A DNA stretch of 40,178 bases from Candidatus Heimdallarchaeota archaeon. GTDB lineage: Archaea; Asgardarchaeota; Heimdallarchaeia; Heimdallarchaeales; Heimdallarchaeaceae. The stretch covers positions 1 to 40,178 of the forward strand of contig JABCTC010000033.1 of NCBI GenBank assembly GCA_018238545.1, written 5' to 3'. Under the pieces are notes generated by a model. That model was not told where the DNA came from and searched no databases. It saw nothing but the letters and a program-made list of their open reading frames with translations. Position 1 is the stretch's first letter; each line of letters opens with the position of its first letter. The translations under genes and the position numbers were made by a program. Shown here piece by piece: positions 37,007 to 40,178 of this stretch.

Positions 37007-38488
37007 CTAATTTCTGCGTTTTTTACGAATTATAGGAATAGCAGCTAATACAGCAATGGCCAATACAACAGGTAATGTGGGTAATGGATTTTCAGTTGGT
37101 TCTCCAGCTAATGCTTGATATATTGCATTATACTTTGTTCCAGCGAAGGTTCTCCAAGCACTTTCATATTCGGCAGCAACTAGAGGATCACTGATAAATT
37201 CCTCATTAATAATAAATGCTTCCTCGAAAGTGAAATTCACACGTCCTAAATCTACAACTAATTCGTTGAAATAAGTTTCATTAATTTCTCCGTCTCTTAG
37301 TTGAGAGACCATTTCTCCCCATGTTTGACGTAAGAGAGTGTGCTTTGAAGTTATTGTGTTGTGGAAATAGTAAATAGTCACATCAAGTAGGTCTGTTGCT
37401 TCTGTTTCATTGAAGTCAATACCTTTGTTGTCTAATGTGGAATTATAAAGAACATAAAGTGGTTCTTTGGTTAGACCAAATGGGGTCCAAAAAGCGCTTT
37501 CCATTACGGGAAGACGGTTTACACCTTCAGTTAACCAGACAGATTGTCCGTCTGCTGAGAATAGGTATTCAAGAAATGCTTCTGCTGCTTCTTGATCATC
37601 TACATTTACACCTAGTGCTATAGGATCTCCATTTACAATTGATTGACCTTCAGGAATAATGTATTCACAATTTGGATTTTCATCTACAGCAATAACACCA
37701 TAGAAATCTATTGTCATAGCGATTCCTACTTCACCTTGAACTACTGCAGCACGAGTATCAACTGAACCAGGATATATACCAGAATTAGCTCCCATACGTG
37801 TCATTATTGACCATCCTTCTTCCCACCCAAATGCTTGGAGTATAATTTGATATATTCTTGTATTTGAGGTGGTTAAAGGTGGATCACCCATACTGATAGC
37901 TTTTACGCTTGGATTTATGTAGTAAGTTGGTGATGCTAGTTCTTCCCAAGTGTGTGGTACAGGAAGTCCATGTTGATCAAGGAAATTATGGTTTACAGTG
38001 AAACCAAAAGAGGATATAGCATTTGCAATCCAAATTAGTTCACCACTTGTGTTGTTTAATTTCATACCTGCTCCAGCAATTATATCGGGAACATTTGTAT
38101 TTATGTAATCAATTAAAGTTGTATTATCAACTGCTTTGAGCAATCCCCAATTATTCATGGTATTGAACAATGCAGGACCACCGCCCCATGCAAGATCTAC
38201 AGATTTTGAAGGATCTTGTAAGAGTTTTTTCCACCCTTCATCTGTAGTGGCTTGTAGGAAGACTATGTCAGTGATACCAAGTTCAACGGCTCTTGGAGTT
38301 GCTAGAAATGCAGTTGAAAATGCTGCTTGGATTGTTGTATCATGCCTTGTAACAACAGTTAACGTGGTAGCATCCGGTGATGCAATAGGAGTAACTGGAT
38401 TGTTAGTTTCCGCATTCACTGATAGAAACGGTCCGACAGTTAATGATGCAAGTAAAATAGCAATCAATGTTAAATTTTTTATTTTCAT
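37007..38488 (-). CDS. ABC transporter substrate-binding protein (Fe/thiamine class), C-terminally anchored
   Basis: Signal peptide; VVTRHD, DLAWGGG, FGFTVN, P.TWEELA.P, DP.LTTSNT, IDFYG; C-terminal TM plus RKKRRN. Confidence 0.92.
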   Translation of the reverse strand: MKIKNLTLIAILLASLTVGPFLSVNAETNNPVTPIASPDATTLTVVTRHDTTIQAAFSTAFLATPRAVELGITDIVFLQATTDEGWKKLLQDPSKSVDLAWGGGPALFNTMNNWGLLKAVDNTTLIDYINTNVPDIIAGAGMKLNNTSGELIWIANAISSFGFTVNHNFLDQHGLPVPHTWEELASPTYYINPSVKAISMGDPPLTTSNTRIYQIILQAFGWEEGWSIMTRMGANSGIYPGSVDTRAAVVQGEVGIAMTIDFYGVIAVDENPNCEYIIPEGQSIVNGDPIALGVNVDDQEAAEAFLEYLFSADGQSVWLTEGVNRLPVMESAFWTPFGLTKEPLYVLYNSTLDNKGIDFNETEATDLLDVTIYYFHNTITSKHTLLRQTWGEMVSQLRDGEINETYFNELVVDLGRVNFTFEEAFIINEEFISDPLVAAEYESAWRTFAGTKYNAIYQALAGEPTENPLPTLPVVLAIAVLAAIPIIRKKRRN

Positions 38489-38699
38489 ATTATCTTCAAC
38501 CTTCTTATTGATATTGGATTAATATCGTGTACCAAACTAGAAATTAATCTATAAAAGTATTTCACTTCATATTAAAGTAGCATTATATGCTAAATTTTCT
38601 AGGAATTACATTGGTTAAGCACATATTGTCAATTTATTAACACAATAAGATTTAATAATTGAAAAATTGAGCAGAATTATAACTTAAGTTAGTGATAAG

Positions 38700-40124
38700 A
38701 TGAAAAAGCGAATCATTATCTCTGTAATGATATTATCGATATTTATTGCATCTAGCGGTTTGAAAATAACGGCCAATGAGCTTAGTTTTGACAGCATAGT
38801 GTCAATTAATGAGGAACAAGAGAAGCCTTATTTTGATAATGTTGTATTGATAACATGGGATGGAACTAATTCAGAATGGTTCAACAAACTCATTGATAAC
38901 GGAACTCTGGTTAACTCCCAACGTATTTTAGAAAATGGTTATAGACAATTTGTAAGAGTGGCTTCTCATAGAACAAGTACAGATCCTGGATTAACAACTT
39001 TAGAAACAGGATATGGACCAGATATCACTGGGATTTACTATAATCAATTTGGGGCAGGTACTTTAAAACTAGCAATCCCAGAAGGATTATCAACATTCGA
39101 GCGTTTGAAGAACAGTTTTGGTACTGATATACAAACATCTTTGTTTTTCTCATGGGGTAATGCGCCCATAGATACTACCTACATGGCACAAAGCGCTGAT
39201 TATTGGGGGTCAATTTACAATAATACAATACGAGAAGAAGTTGATTATTATTGGGGTTCAGAAAATCTTAGCTGGGTGCCAGATGACCCAGAAACCTATA
39301 GCGCTATTATCACTCCATTTGACGAAGATGTTGGTATGTATCGCAACCCACTCCTTAAAGCAGAATATTTAGGAAATAAAGCTGTAAATTGGGTAGGAAA
39401 TCATACTAATAATCGATTTTACTTAAGAATGCATTTTACAGAGCCAGACCAAGCAGGTCACGGTTTTGGTGTAACAGAAAGCGAGTTCAGCAAAAGTATT
39501 ACTCCCGAATATATGCAATCCTTAGTTACTTGTGATATTGCAACAGGCATGGTTTACGATGTTCTTGAATCCGCTGGTGTGCTCGACAAAACATTATTCA
39601 TAGTTGGTTCAGATCATGGAATGTATTATCGCAGTCATGATGCTAATCCTTGGCCAGCTGATCAATGGCCAAAGTCAGAGACCACTTTCCTTTTCAGTAA
39701 TTCGTCAGTACAACACCCACTAGGAGATGTTCCAATAAAACAGAAAGACATCTCCCCTACAATCCTAGCATCTATGGGTGTTGATTTATCACTTCTCTCG
39801 CCAGCATATGTTAATGATGACGATACTGGGATACCTTTATGGGACTTCATAGAAGATGATATTCCTTCAATACGTGAGATAACATTCCAAGTAGAAGATG
39901 AGGATTATCAAGTTCTTGATAATGGGGTTAAAATCGGAAAAATTTTCAATATTAGTATGAATGTTTTAGAATGGTGTCGAGATTATGATGCAACACTTGA
40001 AATTGATGGAACTGTTTTTGATGCTAATATAACGAGATCTGATTTTGTTAGATGGTATAATGTTGATACTTCATCTTTGAACGCACGTTATGAAACTTGG
40101 TCAAACTTGCCAGAGGCGGTCTAA
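38700..40124 (+). CDS. Secreted alkaline-phosphatase-superfamily protein, truncated by the second element copy
   Basis: ITWDG, RTSTDPG (Thr nucleophile), EPDQAGH, GSDHG. The terminal NARYETWSNLPEAV is encoded by element sequence from 40079. Confidence 0.85.
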   Translation: MKKRIIISVMILSIFIASSGLKITANELSFDSIVSINEEQEKPYFDNVVLITWDGTNSEWFNKLIDNGTLVNSQRILENGYRQFVRVASHRTSTDPGLTTLETGYGPDITGIYYNQFGAGTLKLAIPEGLSTFERLKNSFGTDIQTSLFFSWGNAPIDTTYMAQSADYWGSIYNNTIREEVDYYWGSENLSWVPDDPETYSAIITPFDEDVGMYRNPLLKAEYLGNKAVNWVGNHTNNRFYLRMHFTEPDQAGHGFGVTESEFSKSITPEYMQSLVTCDIATGMVYDVLESAGVLDKTLFIVGSDHGMYYRSHDANPWPADQWPKSETTFLFSNSSVQHPLGDVPIKQKDISPTILASMGVDLSLLSPAYVNDDDTGIPLWDFIEDDIPSIREITFQVEDEDYQVLDNGVKIGKIFNISMNVLEWCRDYDATLEIDGTVFDANITRSDFVRWYNVDTSSLNARYETWSNLPEAV

Positions 40125-40178
40125 CCGTCGTTTAGGTGGGTCCCCTCGCGTGCGGTGAGGGGAAGAGGATTATAAGGA
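40079..40178 (-). mobile_element. Right end of a second, diverged copy of the TnpB-like element (runs off window)
   Basis: 92/100 identity to 15716-15815, including the last codons of a paralogous gene (TCC TTA TAA vs CCT CTA TGA). Confidence 0.88.

Noticed and set aside
1294-39850. Short ORFs overlapping longer genes (e.g. 1294-1485, 3372-3581, 7649-8050, 10295-10477, 16846-17103, 17818-18186, 19234-19569, 20304-20681, 27880-28236, 35281-35658, 38136-38522)
   Set aside because: They are antisense or alternative-frame shadows of well-supported genes, with no motifs or RBS.

Overview
Low-GC archaeal DNA, inferred to be Asgard/Heimdallarchaeia-like from ribosomal protein L10e, an intron-containing tRNA, GGTGA-type ribosome-binding sites and C-terminally anchored surface proteins. 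The left part holds a type I restriction-modification locus (hsdR plus partial hsdS) next to an orphan 2213-aa multi-pass membrane protein. Housekeeping and metabolic genes follow: rpl10e, tRNA-CAT, cyclophilin, HAD hydrolase, a P1B ATPase, a GGR/FixC-ferredoxin-SCP2 operon, an M20 amidohydrolase, a GT4, a phytol-kinase/DUF92 fusion, pgk, a transglutaminase-like protein and an Fe/thiamine-type ABC transporter whose permease carries a 7-repeat LVIVD insertion. The most notable item is a ~2.1-kb transposase-less element (15716-17820). It encodes an enlarged (~635 aa) TnpB/Cas12-like RuvC protein with His at the RuvC-III Asp position, followed by a ~90-nt pseudoknot-forming putative guide-RNA scaffold. 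It is bounded by imperfect inverted ends (xAAC-N9-GAAACTT-N3-CAAWCTT) that are not typical of IS200/IS605. A diverged second copy begins at 40079 and truncates a phosphatase gene. rpl10e probably starts at a non-canonical AUC codon. All calls were made by eye from motifs; no database searches were run.
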